A stretch of DNA of 64,000 bases. Source: Octopus vulgaris. Its lineage: Eukaryota. Below, piece by piece: positions 43,056 through 61,122 of the stretch. The notes under the pieces are model-generated. The model saw only the letters and a list, made by a program, of their open reading frames with translations. It was not told the DNA's origin and did not search any database. The stretch covers positions 3,162,001 to 3,226,000 of the forward strand of contig OX597814.1 of NCBI GenBank assembly GCA_951406725.2, given 5' to 3'. Both the position numbers and the translations under genes were made by a program. Numbering within the stretch: position 1 is the stretch's first letter; every line of letters begins with the position of its first letter.

Positions 43056-43364
43056 AGAGAGAGGGATGGAGATGTATAGATATGTGTATGAGAATTTTGA
43101 TACATTCTCATTGTCTCTCATCAACAATATCATCATTATCAACAACAACAATACCCTCCTTCATAACTTCATAATAATCCGCATTAATAAAGCCCACATC
43201 TTCATCAGCATCCACCTCATCACTATCAGTAGCAACGGCATCGCTACTCTCTTCATTTCATTTAATTTGGAACTTATTTGATTAACCTTATTTTAAATTG
43301 CTTCGAAAATTTTATTTCGGATGAAATTTAGGCTTCGCTGTTTCCACCGTAGTAGTAGTAGTAT

Positions 43365-43421
<57 letters not shown>

Positions 43422-44311
43422 ATCTTGTTTGCTTTTTGCACTTCTATATTTCCGTGTTCCGGTTCCAAAAAAAAAAACACATTCTCTGTACAAGAGTTTG
43501 CATACATTATTGCCGTTGTAAGCATTTAGATATGGAACCTAAGTACTCCAGATCAGGTACTGTTGATAAGGTACTGGCCAGGGCCGATAGATATGAGGTG
43601 ATGATGAGGGGATTTATGATGTACCAGTGTGTTAGAGATGAGGTACTTGTCAGACAAACTTGAGGTACTCTCGTAACGGAGATGAGTCCTGGTGCGACAG
43701 AGATAAAGCGATGGGAAAAAGAAGAGGTGAGGATACGAGAGAAAAGAGAAACGCACAGGCGATACGAGGGTGAGACAGAATGAGATATGTCCGCAATTTA
43801 TTAAAAAATAAGCAGACAAGACAGGAGAACCACGGTGACGGCAGTGATAATAATGGTAATGACGATTATGATGATGGTTGTGGTCGAGGTGATGATGCTC
43901 ATGATGATGATGCGGAGGCGGACGACGAGGATGGGGGATGAGGATGAGTGTAAAGAATAGCTAAGAGTGACAAAGAGAAGGAAACGTGTAAAAATAGCTG
44001 GAATTCCTTATCACAAAGATACGGCAAATGTCGTTGTTGTGCACCCGATCAAGTTCAAAAACTGAGAAGAAATATTCATAATGGTATATTACTGGAGAGA
44101 CAAATGCATTATCTCTCTCTCACACACACACACACGCACGCACTTTAGGTATTTTCTGAACGCATGCGTGTCTATATACATATATATAATATGCACATAC
44201 ATATATACATATATATATATTTATATACGTATATACTTATATATATACAAATATATTATATATATATATATATACATATATACATATATACTTATATATA
44301 TACAAATATTA

Positions 44312-44342
<31 letters not shown>

Positions 44343-44453
44343 GCATACATGTATACATATATATAGTCAGATTACCGAAGAGATGATGTTGTGGATTTCC
44401 ACTTCGGCATCTGAAACTCAGTTTTATCTTGACTATTGAGTAATGTAACATAT

Positions 44454-44506
<53 letters not shown>

Positions 44507-44563
44507 TGTATGTATACATATATATACACATATATGTATATATACATATATATATATATGTAC

Positions 44564-44600
<37 letters not shown>

Positions 44601-45060
44601 AACATATAATACATTCGTATATTTCTTCCAACGGTGGCTGAACTCACGAAAACTTCGAAGTCACTGTCAACATCATGGTTTAAGAATAACAAATTTGTAC
44701 TCTACAAATGTATAGAGTAACCCACCAGACTAATGTCAAATTGTACTTCATTATAACTGAACTTAAACTAAACAAAGCTATATAATATATATATATATAT
44801 ATGAATGAACTGACAAAGTACTCAATATACGTGCTAACTATTTTTACAAAGTCCACAATGACTAACATTATCAGACTGATAAAACCCAACACCGACAGAA
44901 CTTCGTATTCACTAGTAACACTTGATATGTAAATACATGTATTACATATATACACATACATACATAAATACATACATACATACATATATATATATATATA
45001 TGTATGTATGTATGTTTGTATGTGTTTATATATATATATATATATGTATAGAATGTGATG

Positions 45061-45100
<40 letters not shown>

Positions 45101-45208
45101 TACTCAATACCAATTGCTGAAATACGCTAAACAGTAAGGTTAAGATATGTCAACTGGCCTGACTGAATGTGTGGACGTATATATATATACATACATATAC
45201 ATACATAC

Positions 45209-45376
<168 letters not shown>

Positions 45377-45800
45377 TGACACTCAGTGTGATCTTTATCT
45401 TTTCGTCCTTTTGCGTTTCTTTTAATCAATCATTTTTCAATTAAACATGTTTACGAGATGCATTAAGAAAAGGGTATGAGTTGGCGGGGTGGGCTGGAGG
45501 CGGGTCAAATCTATTTCACTACCTTAAAAGGGAAAAGTGTGAGGGGGTGACCTGTCATTCTGCTTGGAGCTCATTGTCCCTCAATAAGCACCCACTCCGT
45601 ATATATACATGCATGTATATATATATATATATGTGTGTGTGTATGTATGTGTGTGTGTATACACATATATATGTGTATATATATACATATATATGTGCAT
45701 ATATATATGTATATATTATATATGTATTATATGTGCATATATATATATGGATATATATATATATACACACACATATATATATACATATGTTTATACACAC

Positions 45801-45849
<49 letters not shown>

Positions 45850-45941
45850 CACACGTATATATACACATGTATATACACACATATATGTACATATACATAT
45901 ACATATTGAAATATGTATATATGCATATATATACCCATGCA

Positions 45942-45993
<52 letters not shown>

Positions 45994-46049
45994 CACAAGC
46001 ACAGGTGTAGGTATATATGTATACACATTTTGTTGCTACAATTGTACAT

Positions 46050-49720
<3,671 letters not shown>

Positions 49721-50176
49721 TTAGGCCATTGCACCCACCATATTGGGTGTGGTGGACAGGTTTAAGCCGGAAGTCATCGCTCCTACCATTCCAGACGATG
49801 TGGACAGCGTGAGGCCCGATGAGCTGATACTTGGAATGCTGGGTATACTGGGAAACGATGAGGTGAACTGCGAAGTAAGAGAAGGATTGAAAGTGTTACT
49901 AAAGCCAGCTGAAAGACCGCTAGACAGGCCGGACGAGGCTTGCATATGGCTTCCTACAGTAGAGCCAAACGAGCCTCCAAGGGATGACCCGCTTGTCATG
50001 TAGGTTGCCATTGGTGCATGCATTGGGGTGTACACAGATCCCGGGAACGGTTTGTCTAACGGTTTTAAGAGGTCGCTCATTGATGCCATACCTTTCTTAC
50101 TCTTTTTGCTCTTTGTAGACATTTTACGATTTCTCGTTTGAATGCCATCTTTTTTCATTGTGAGTGGTCGATTAAC
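49721..50176 (-). CDS. GATA123: GATA1/2/3-class transcription factor, last coding exon (basic tail plus Ser/Gly-rich C-terminus)
   Basis: Acceptor tcttctctttccag|GTT AAT CGA gives [29 protein letters not shown]...PNMVGAMA*. It continues the finger exon in frame (KLHN|[17 protein letters not shown] is the conserved GATA basic region). The C-terminal MVGAMA resembles the MVTAMG end of vertebrate GATA2/3. Confidence 0.96.
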   Translation of the reverse strand, partial: VNRPLTMKKDGIQTRNRKMSTKSKKSKKGMASMSDLLKPLDKPFPGSVYTPMHAPMATYMTSGSSLGGSFGSTVGSHMQASSGLSSGLSAGFSNTFNPSLTSQFTSSFPSIPSIPSISSSGLTLSTSSGMVGAMTSGLNLSTTPNMVGAMA

Positions 50177-50357
50177 CTGGAAAGAGAAGAAACGAAAATA
50201 GAATTAGTAACACGAAGAATGAAGTTGTTTGCGTGAGGCGAACTTGATGTTAGGGTCAGAATTCGATACTACCAATCACTACTACTGCTACTACTACCAT
50301 TGAAATTACAACTGGTGCAATGCAACGACAACTACAACATCTAACGTGATAAGGGTT

Positions 50358-50555
50358 TTAAACTTTGGCTCAGAGTTAGTAATTTTGAGGGAGTAAGTCG
50401 ATTGTATCGACACCAGTGTTCAACTTGTACTTATTTCATCGGCCATGATGGAAAAAGTTGATCTGGGTGGAAGTTGAACTCAGTACATAAAGACGGACGA
50501 AATAGCGCCAGGCTTTTTCTCCGGCGTGCAAACGATTCTACCAGATCGTGGCCTT
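50358..50555 (-). mobile_element. SINE family A-related copy (intronic, diverged)
   Basis: gtcgattgtatcgacaccagtg...gaactcag...aaagacggacgaaatagcgc. Confidence 0.65.
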
Positions 50556-51067
50556 ACATCTATTGTAATAATATGAGTGATGTTATAATGACACATTTGA
50601 TCAGAAATCCTCAAAATCAGGACTGCCCTGGAGTAACGGGACACGTACACATGCACACATGCGCACACATACACGCGCATACACATTCTCACAAATGCGA
50701 TGAGGTAATACCACCACTACAACAACAGCAATATCAACAAAAACAACAACAACAAAAATAACAACAATCTCACAAACGAAAAGTATTAAATTGCCGAGTT
50801 TTAGTTGCTGCAGAAGCTTGACAAAAAAAACACGAAGCTCGCAAAAATGGTGGTGGTGGTGGTGGTGGTGGTGGTGGTGGTGGTGGTGGTGGTGGTGGTG
50901 GTGGTGGTGGTGGTGGTGGTGGTGGTGGCAGTAGTAATGATGTCGATGGTGATGATGAAAATGCTGTATCAGGCAAGCCGGAATAGCTAAGTGAACTGAG
51001 ATTATTTTCACAGATAACGCGGCTCACGTGACTCGCACGCATGTTTTCAGGGTACACTCTATTTATT

Positions 51068-51126
<59 letters not shown>

Positions 51127-52082
51127 CATATAAACACACATGTGCACACCCACTCATTCATTACAAAACACCGCCCTAACATGCACACAGGGCTGCCTAA
51201 TTCAACCCGTCCTTCATTTTAAAGGCAAGATGGGGGCGATTTTAGTGGGATTTGGCTGCTAGTTCTGACTGGCGAAGCGTTCATGAATTATTCCTGCGAT
51301 GGTTCGTATTCAATGCACACAAACAAAGAGTAAATACTGCGTTCAATTTTTGTTTTAATTCCCAGTAGTAAAATTAACATATCAGTGGTTGTGTATTCCG
51401 CGATCAAGTTAATTTTAATGGAACTCTGAGGCCGAATCAGAGAGAGGAAGTGAGAGGCCCAGATACTAAACTGGTGCTTTCTTCCTTGACCAGGAAATGG
51501 TAAAAAGCCAAGGGAACATGGGCAGAATTTGAACTTGGGATGTAGAGAGCTGGGATAGATGCTGCGAAGTACTCAAACCGAAGATGTAACGAGCATGACC
51601 GTATTCAGTCATATGACTTCCCCCGCCCCCAAAAATTTCAGGCCTTGTGCCTAGAGTAGAAAAGAATATATATATATATATACGTTCATACATATGTAAT
51701 CCTACTTACATATACACGCGCATATATATTATAGACTCACCCTGGTACGCTGTGTATCTATTCACAATGTTTTTTCTTTCTATTACTGAAAGTTGCTTTG
51801 ATCCGAAAAAACCAATCATCAAACTTTTCCCGTCCGTGACCATCAAGTCTTTTATTTAAACAGTATCAAGGATTGCATTAGTTGATACGTCGTTCCTTTT
51901 TTTTTTCTTTTTGTTTTTCTAAAATCGCAGTGCATGATCTGATGCGGGGAGTGGGGGGGTGGCAACACTTTAGTTTCTAGCAAAGACACACACACACAGC
52001 CACATACACGCATACATTCTCTCAATATACATACACACATACTCAAAATTACACGGTCAGAAACTCACAGGCTCCTCCACAA

Positions 52083-52121
<39 letters not shown>

Positions 52122-52419
52122 ATGCTAGCAAAATGCATTTAAATATATCAGTTTGTTCACGGACGGATATAAAACGCACCGACCACTCTTCAGCGCAATG
52201 GAGGCTAAACATTTTTACCAAACGCTGTTTTTATCTGCACCAACGATGTTTTAGCGCGCAATAAAGCAGCCATTACACCGGGAGACAGCGTTTATGCTTG
52301 ATAAAAAGGTTTGATAAGACCTGGAGCTATGTGTAAGCAAGTTTTACAGAGGAACCTATATGCCATAGACAATACAAAACAAAAAAAGATGGGAAAGGTG
52401 GGGATAACTAGCTAGTTAT

Positions 52420-52420
<1 letters not shown>

Positions 52421-52505
<85 letters not shown>
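52421..52505. repeat. (GATA)n microsatellite in the GATA intron
   Basis: Directly visible. Confidence 0.95.
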
Positions 52506-52914
52506 GTGTATTTTGGGAGAGCGATAATAAGCGCTGTTATTACGCTAGCCACATAACACTAGTAGCTTCAGAGAGGTTTAGTTTTTGATGTATAACTTTG
52601 CTAATGTCAAATAACAACAGCTAAAGCAACAACAAGAACAACAATAACAGCTGTAGTTGTAGCTGACAGCAGCAGCAGCAGCAGCAACAGCAGCAACAAT
52701 AGCGGCAGAAACATCGTCGTTTTTTTTTTTTGTTTTTTTTGGGGTTTTTTTTCGCATAGATATAGCTTTGAAAATTTATGGACTTAATTACATGCGATAA
52801 TAATAACGAAGAATATTTACAGACAAATAATACCCATAGCACATGTTTTTATGTATGCATCTGCCTCTCTCTCTCTCTCTCTCCCACACACACACACATA
52901 CAAACATATATGCA

Positions 52915-52951
<37 letters not shown>

Positions 52952-53063
52952 CGATAATGTATGCATGCGTTTAGACACTCCAACCATTATAGATTTACAT
53001 TATGTAGTTGTATGTAAATATATGTGCATATGCGTTCTGATAGGCATATACGCTCTCTATGTA

Positions 53064-53161
<98 letters not shown>

Positions 53162-53254
53162 CATATACATATATACACATATATATATATATACATATAT
53201 ATACATATATATATATGTATATATATACACATACACACACACATATATATGTAT

Positions 53255-53299
<45 letters not shown>

Positions 53300-53989
53300 T
53301 ATATATATACATACATGTACATATATACACATATATATATATATATATATATACATATATATACATATATATATATGTATATATATATACACATACACAC
53401 ACACATATATATGTATGTATGTGTGTATGTGTATGTGTGTGTGCTGTGTGCCGTAAGTGTGTGTGACAGTATTCGCAGCAAACTCCTACGTATGTAAATA
53501 GGGTTTTCATTGCTTCTTAGAAAATTAAGCACCCTATAAATGGCTGATGATATGTATACTTTAACGTATCCTCACATTTACATTATGCACATCAAAAGAG
53601 GCACGTGGGTATGCGTGTATATGTGTGCATGTATGTATGTGTGCGCGTGTACGTCTCACACACCTATACACACATACACGCGCGCACGCGTATTTCTGGA
53701 TGCCATTATATTCGTGCCGAAGTATCAGCGAACATACATACATACTTACATACAGTTACACTTACACAGACACACACACACACACATATGTAAGGTTGTG
53801 TATGAGTGCGTTGCTCAAAATACGAAGCTGTTCTGTTTTTTTCTTTGTTATGATGTAGGAATGTGTGTGGATTATGTGTCTATATACATATAAGTATATC
53901 TGTATGTATCCATCTCTGGATGTATGTATACATACAAATCACCTTATATACATATATATATAGGTACAGAGACCGAGAGAGGGGAAAGA

Positions 53990-54030
<41 letters not shown>

Positions 54031-54034
<4 letters not shown>

Positions 54035-54315
54035 TGACGTATTTTTGCCATTTCAATATGGCTAACCCCTAAGGGTGGATGCTACTGTAGTTTTTAGCCC
54101 CAAGAGGACACACTCCTCCAGCTGGCCATAGACACACTATCTGTGTCCTGTCAGTATTTGCAAAGGGAAGTCATCCTTCCCGTCTTCAACTTATGATACA
54201 CACGGACTCGAGTTTCGAGGTATTGACCTCTCGTCAGCGTGTGACAATCATAGTTGTCGCCGAGAATTAGATTTCCTTCACAAATACTTATACTTTTTCC
54301 AGCGTCCACTGTCGC
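54031..54315 (-). mobile_element. Short non-autonomous hammerhead-bearing element (Penelope pLTR/retrozyme-like) between (TA)n tracts
   Basis: Contains the hammerhead above followed by ...ggacacagat...ccagctgg...ggggctaaaaactacagtagcatcc.... That sequence recurs at 19280-19400, 18970-19050 and 7787-7990. Both flanks are TA microsatellite. Confidence 0.7.
54199..54243 (-). ncRNA. Type I minimal hammerhead ribozyme (canonical core, GUC cleavage triplet)
   Basis: Minus strand: CACACG CTGACGA GAGGT-CAAT-ACCTC GAAA CTCGAG TC CGTGTG. Stem I is 6 bp perfect, the core is CUGACGA/GAAA, stem II is 5 bp perfect, and stem III is the palindrome ACTCGAGT. Confidence 0.9.
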
Positions 54316-54352
<37 letters not shown>

Positions 54353-54454
54353 TACATCTCTTTCCCCTCTCTCGGTCTCTGTACCTATATATATATATAT
54401 GTATATAAGGTGATTTGTATGTGTGTGTTTAGGCGGATATATATGTGTGGTTTC

Positions 54455-54577
54455 CATCCGAAAGGATGAAAGGCAAAGTCGACCTCGGCGAAATTTGAAC
54501 TCAGAACGTAAAGACAGACGAAATACCGCTAAGCATTTCGCCCGGCCTGCTAACCATTCTGCCAACTCGCCGCCTTC
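54455..54577 (-). mobile_element. SINE family A 5' half (intronic)
   Basis: cgaaaggatgaaaggcaaagtcgacctcggcgaaatttgaactcagaacg...ctgccaactcgccgcctt. Confidence 0.85.
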
Positions 54578-55138
54578 CACTTAATATTTATTGTGTGTAC
54601 ACTGTGTATGAGCATTGCTTCTGAGCTTGTAGCTATAAGTTTAGACATTTCTTTCTATACTTTATCACCACCAACGCCATCATCTTTCTTATCTTCATGT
54701 TAGTCGAAAACACTATAAACACGCACAAATCTATCACTATATATATGTACATACATACATACATACATACATATATACATATATACATACATACAAACAA
54801 AATATATAAGAGAGAGAGAAAGGAAATTTTTGTGTGTATGTGTGTGTGAAAGAAGGAATCAGAAAGACGTAGAGAAAACGAACAGAAAAGTGTATATGGT
54901 GGAATAGAGTGTATAATAATGATTTTACATTAAGTAATGACAAAACGTTGAAGTATGCAGAGATTTCATGTTTGTATGTTTTTTTATTTTTATTCATAAA
55001 AACAAATAAAGAAAACAATAGCAGTGACACCACCACCACCAACAACAACAATACTGCCAACAAGGAAATAGAAAAACCATATAAAATTTAGAACACAAAA
55101 TTTTAATATATATATGTATGTATATGTATGTGTGCGTA

Positions 55139-55177
<39 letters not shown>

Positions 55178-55376
55178 GCTTGTATAAGTTTGTTGTGTGA
55201 AGGGATGGGTGTGTGTGAGATTTGATCCTGCGTTGAAGTCGATGACAAGCACTCTCCTGTGTCAGGAGGGGAGAAAGAGATGCATTGAAGGCTAATGAAG
55301 CGTGAATGCAGAATGTTGGTTGGTGTCTCCAATATGTCTGATGACCATATCATGAACATGACACCCCCTTCTCACT

Positions 55377-55442
<66 letters not shown>

Positions 55443-55559
55443 GATATATCTTAGCAACCGTTGCTACACACCTAGATCTTCCTTCAAGCCAATAACCACT
55501 CCATATACAAAGATTTGCTGATGACTATGATGATGATGAGGTAGAGGTGGAGGCAGATA

Positions 55560-56630
55560 ATGGTGGTGGTGGTAGTTACATTGATAGTATTGGTGGTAGT
55601 AGTGATGGTAGTGGTAGTTGCCGTGGTGGTGGTGGTGGTGGTGGTAATGGTGGGTGTGTTCGCAGTCGTTGTCGTTACGTCGGTGGTTGTGATGGTGGTA
55701 TTGTTTTTATTTGTGGTGGTGGTGGTGGTGGTAGTGGTGGTACTGGTGGTGTGGTGGTGGTTGTGGTGTGGTGGTGGTGGTGGGTGGTGGTGGTGGTGGT
55801 GGGTGGTGGTCATGGCGGTCGTCGTGGTCGTCGTCGTGGTGTGGTGGTGGTGTGGTGTGGTGGTGGTTGTGGTGTGGTGGTGGTGGTGGAGGTGGTGGTG
55901 GTGGTGGTACTGGTGGTGTGGTGGTGGTTGTGGTGTGGTGGTGGTGGTGGAGGTGGTGGTGGTGATGCTGGTGGTGGTCATGGTGGTGGTCGTCGTGGTC
56001 GTCGTGGTGTGGTGGTGGTGTGGTGGTGGTCGTGGTCCAAGTCCCTGTCGTTATCGTCACGCTTTTGTTGGTGGTGGTGGCCACGGTGGTGGCGCTGTAG
56101 GACTTCTAGAGTTACTCTTGGCGACAACAGAAATGGCGTCAGTGTTGTTATTGTTATTGTTTGTTGCCGTCGTTGTGGCAGCCATGTTGACGTTGATGAT
56201 CCAATGTTTATGTCAGGTAAGAGTGGCGGGGAAGGCGGCGCTGAGAGTGCTGGGGGTGGGGGTGGGGGTCGTGTGATAGTAATTTAAATTCGTAATAACC
56301 TCATTGATTACAGTACTAGTAGCAGAATCGGTAGTGGTGCTTGTGCACCAGGGGTATAGGCAAACGTAGAGTTTGGCAGCAGTAGTAATGGTTCGAGAGT
56401 AGTGTCAGTGGCGGTGGGGGGATGCTTGTGGCGGTGTGGTGGTGGTGATGGTGATGATGATGATGGTGATGATGGTGGTGGTGGTGGTGGTGGTGCTGGT
56501 AGTGCTGGTGGTGCTGGTGGTGATGGTGATGATGATGATGATGATGATGATGATGGTGGTGGTGCTGGTGCTGGTGGTGCTGGTGCTGGTAGTGCTGGTG
56601 ATGATGATGATGATGGTGATGATGGTGGTG
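55560..56630. repeat. GGT/GAT-rich low-complexity region with internal higher-order duplication
   Basis: Directly visible; the block ggtggtcatgg.ggt..cgtcgtggtcgtcgt.gtgtggtgg occurs near 55805 and near 55975. Confidence 0.9.
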
Positions 56631-56979
56631 TTAGTATTGCATGTGTTATGTTTGAAGATTGTTGATGTTACTCTCGTTGTTTATCTGCAGTAAACCTTCA
56701 TGCAACAGACCGGTTAAAATTACTCCAACCGTGACCCTCCCGTCTTATTATTTGACCATAATTCATCTAGGACAACAGCGACTAGTATTTTCAACCTTCT
56801 TCTCTAAAGGCTGGGCTGGGTGCCCTCTGAGGGGAAATTTAGCTACTATGTTTAACCGGTCGATCGAACGCATAGTGACTCCTTCTGGGAGATGATAGGG
56901 GGCAGCAATGTATGGGGTGACGAAGAAGGGATGAGTATAGCGAGGAGCCGTACGTACAGAGAAAACTGCATACACATCT

Positions 56980-57050
<71 letters not shown>

Positions 57051-57729
57051 CAAATACACACACAGAGATAAAGATGTACATATTCATACATATGTGTATG
57101 TTACACACGCACACACATTTCCTTCCTCAAAGCACATAACCTCCCTCCCCACTCCTTCTCACTTTCTCCTAGCGAAACTCCCAATGCGACACTCCACAGT
57201 TTTGAGGAATAAAATGAGGAGTGGTGTGAGCAGAAGAGGAGAAAGAGAGGTAAGACAACGAAGGAGTAAGGAAGGGGAGGGAAAAAAAAAGGGTAGGAGT
57301 GAAAGAGAAGTGAACCGATATAATCAATCAGTTTGTAATCTCATCTGTGAGCTGTGGGCAAGAACACACCCACACGGACAGACAGGCAGACAGGCAGGCA
57401 GGCGGGCAGGCGGGCGGACAGGCGGGAGGACATTAGAGCAAGACACATAAACAGATATTAAAGATTGGAGTGAAGCCATAATGAACACTAACCAACGAAT
57501 CCGGCAGGCACCGGGAGAGGGAGACACAGAGAGAGAGAGACAGAGAGACAGATAGGCCAAGGGAGTGAGAGTGAGATAGAGAGAGAGAAAGTGAGAGTGA
57601 GGGTGAGATTGGCAGATAAGGTCCCACCCCTATTAAAAACTTCGCCAGCAATCAAATAACCAATCACACTGACGTGATATACAGATTGGCAGACGACTAC
57701 ATAGACAGACAGACGGATAGGTAGGTAGG

Positions 57730-57808
<79 letters not shown>

Positions 57809-57878
57809 ACCGACAAACAGATAGATATATTAACAAATAGATACATACATACACACATACATATGCAGAGAGACAGAC

Positions 57879-57917
<39 letters not shown>

Positions 57918-57925
57918 TTGATAGG

Positions 57926-57990
<65 letters not shown>

Positions 57991-58558
57991 TCACAGATAG
58001 ATAGATAGATCCATAAATATATTGACAAATAGATACACACATACGTACATATGCAGACAGACAGACAGATAGACAGACAGACAGATAGATATCGAACAAA
58101 CGAAAAAGACATGAGCGCGCCGCCAGGCAGGCAGACAGACGTCCAAGTGAGGTGTCACGTGATATGACGTGAGATGACATACATGACCTCCCAATATAGA
58201 AAGGACGTTGCTGCCAGTGGAAGAAACCTGCATGTAATAACAACGATTGCTAACGGTTGATTGAAGGACGACAGAACTAAAGGGAGATCACGACAGTGTG
58301 TGTGTGACTGTATGTTTATGATGCTTCTAGAAGATCTGGAAGCATGTGTGTGTGTGTTGTGTATATGTTGGCGGGGGGTGGGGAGTTAAAGGATGAGTGA
58401 CTTTGAGGAATTAAACAGATCCATCATCCAGCAGCCTTGGAGATTTCAGCAAGCCTGAAACTTGAACCTAACATTTTCCCTCGCAGCCAATAGCAATAAA
58501 TATAATGTCACTGAAATTGAACTTAGCGCGTGCACGTGTGCATATATACAAACACACA

Positions 58559-58634
<76 letters not shown>

Positions 58635-58716
58635 TGCACATGATCAGAAACCTGTATGCGTTCTAGTGCACATACGTTATTGAAAAAGCGATAGCCTTTC
58701 TGCCTTCCTGCATATA

Positions 58717-58766
<50 letters not shown>

Positions 58767-59583
58767 TTATATATATATATACACATATACATACATACAT
58801 TCACACACACGCACACACATAGACACATGTGCATACACACCAATATTTTGTGTTCCAGTTAGGCAAAAGCATGAACACAAATTCGTTCGCACAGTCTCAC
58901 ACACATCCACAGGCAGACGCGGATAAGAGACGATATATAATTGAGCAGTGAGGTAAACCACTTGAGTTTCGAGGGTTTTTCAAAGGTCACTAAAGAAAGG
59001 TTATATCGGAAAAGCCAACAACGAATGTAAAAGCGGTTGGGGAAAGAAGAAAACAAAAACGCGAAACGAGTATGGCGGCCATGTTTGTATATTTTGATGT
59101 TTGCGATGATGATGTTTGTGGTGGTGGTGGTGCTGGTATTTGTGATGGTGTTGGCGATTGTGCTAGTATTTGTGGTGGGGGTTGGGGTGACGGTGGTGTT
59201 GCAGTTGTGGTGGCTCCGATGAGCATGGTGGTGTCACTACAGGAGGAGTTTTATGTAAAATGTTTGTTCCATGACTGCGAGGTTCCATAAGGTTTTCAGA
59301 GTGGGAAAAAAAAATATAAACAATAAAATAAAAACAGAGAAAAAAAAAAAACAAAATGTCGTTCTGAGTTTATGTTTTACAACAGGTAAAAACTGGGTGA
59401 TTGATATCGTATATCTATGATGATGAACTTCATGGTGGTGGTGGTGGTGGTGGTGGTAGTTGTGGTGGTGGTCATATTGATTTCGACTACATCACAACAA
59501 ATATTTATATTGCATTCAGATATGCCAACGCACACACACATTTAGTATACATAAATACAATGTATACACACACACACACATTC

Positions 59584-59653
<70 letters not shown>

Positions 59654-59789
59654 TGGACTCTCCCATCGTTAGAAGACCTATGAGGGTTCGGCAGTTTCTT
59701 ACCAAACAACCACACAGATGATTTGTTCATAGTGATCAAATGTTTTGTGCAGACATAAACTCACTCCCTCCATCAGGTCGACATCACCT

Positions 59790-59955
59790 GTACAGGTGCA
59801 ACTGGGTGCCACACATCAGGAGTCGAAATGATTGCAGAGCAACCTGAAATGAAGTGCTTTGCTCAAGAACACAATGCAACGCTCGGTCTAGGAATCGAAC
59901 CCACGAACTCACAATCGTGAGTACAACACCATAACCACTAAGCTATGCACCTTCA
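59790..59955 (-). mobile_element. SINE family D-related head (intronic)
   Basis: gaaatgaagtgctttgctcaagaacacaa...ggaatcgaacccacga...taaccactaagctatgcacc. Confidence 0.7.
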
Positions 59956-59966
59956 TACACACACAC

Positions 59967-60014
<48 letters not shown>

Positions 60015-60917
60015 ATATATGTATATATACACATATACATACATGTATGTATGTTTATATATATATTTATATATATACACATATATGCACATATACAAAT
60101 ATATACACATATATACACATATACATATATATATACACATATACATATATATATTTATACATGTTAACAGTGAAGAAGCAGATTTATGATCAAAGCTCTT
60201 CCAACCGTGGCTCTCACGTCTTTTTTCTTCTTCTTTTATATGCATACTGCATATCGACAACGAGGTTATCTAATGTGTCCTTTATTTTCTTTTATCAAAA
60301 AATTTAAAAAAAACAATAGGATTACACAAGGCTGCTGTTTCTTGTAGGTTGAGCGACCACAGACACTCCAACTTTGACTCAATAGTGGCTACCATGTAGT
60401 TGGTATCGTTACTGTCTAACAACAACAGCAACAGCAGCAGCCAGTAGTAGTAGTAGTAGTAGTAGCTGTTGCTGTTACCCCATTTGTATTGGTAGTTGTA
60501 GCAGTAGTTTTGGTTGCAGTAGTAGATGTTGTCGTTGTTGTTGTTGTAGCTATTGACGGTCTCTGTTGCTGTAAATACGAGTTTTTTTTTTGTTTTCTTT
60601 TTTTGCTGTTTCTGCTGCCTGAATGCTCCACAGACCAAGCATGAGAATCAGGAGCGTGACCAATCACCAGACTGGAACCACAAACATCGTTAGCTGCTCT
60701 TTAAAAACATTATTGCCAATAGAACGACAGGAGTTCTTGGGAGAGGGAGGGGCAGAAAGAGAGAGAGAGAAAGAGAGAGAGAGAGAAGTTTCTTTTTGTC
60801 CGTCTTCTGCTACTGTTTGTAGCGATTAATATTTTCTCTCTCTCTCTTTCTCTCTCGCAATGTTGTTATTGTTATTGTTATTGTAGAGGTTGTGAATATT
60901 GTTGACAATATTAGAGA

Positions 60918-61073
60918 TGCAGCGTGGCTGTGTGGTAAGAAGCTTGCTTCCCAATCACATGGTTCCGGGTTCATTCCTGCTGCGTGGCACCTTGGGCAAG
61001 TGTCTTCTACTATAGCCTCGGGCGGACCAAAGCCTTGTGAGAGGATTTGGTAGAAGGAAACTGAAAGAAGCCC

Positions 61074-61122
<49 letters not shown>

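Noticed and set aside
43676-43705. gatgagtcc...gcgac resembling a hammerhead stem II
   Set aside because: It has no CUGA, no GAAA and no stem I.
52421-52505. (GATA)n arrays as dedicated autoregulatory sites of the GATA gene
   Set aside because: Equivalent arrays occur outside the gene (1475, 23980, 41083), so no enrichment is evident.
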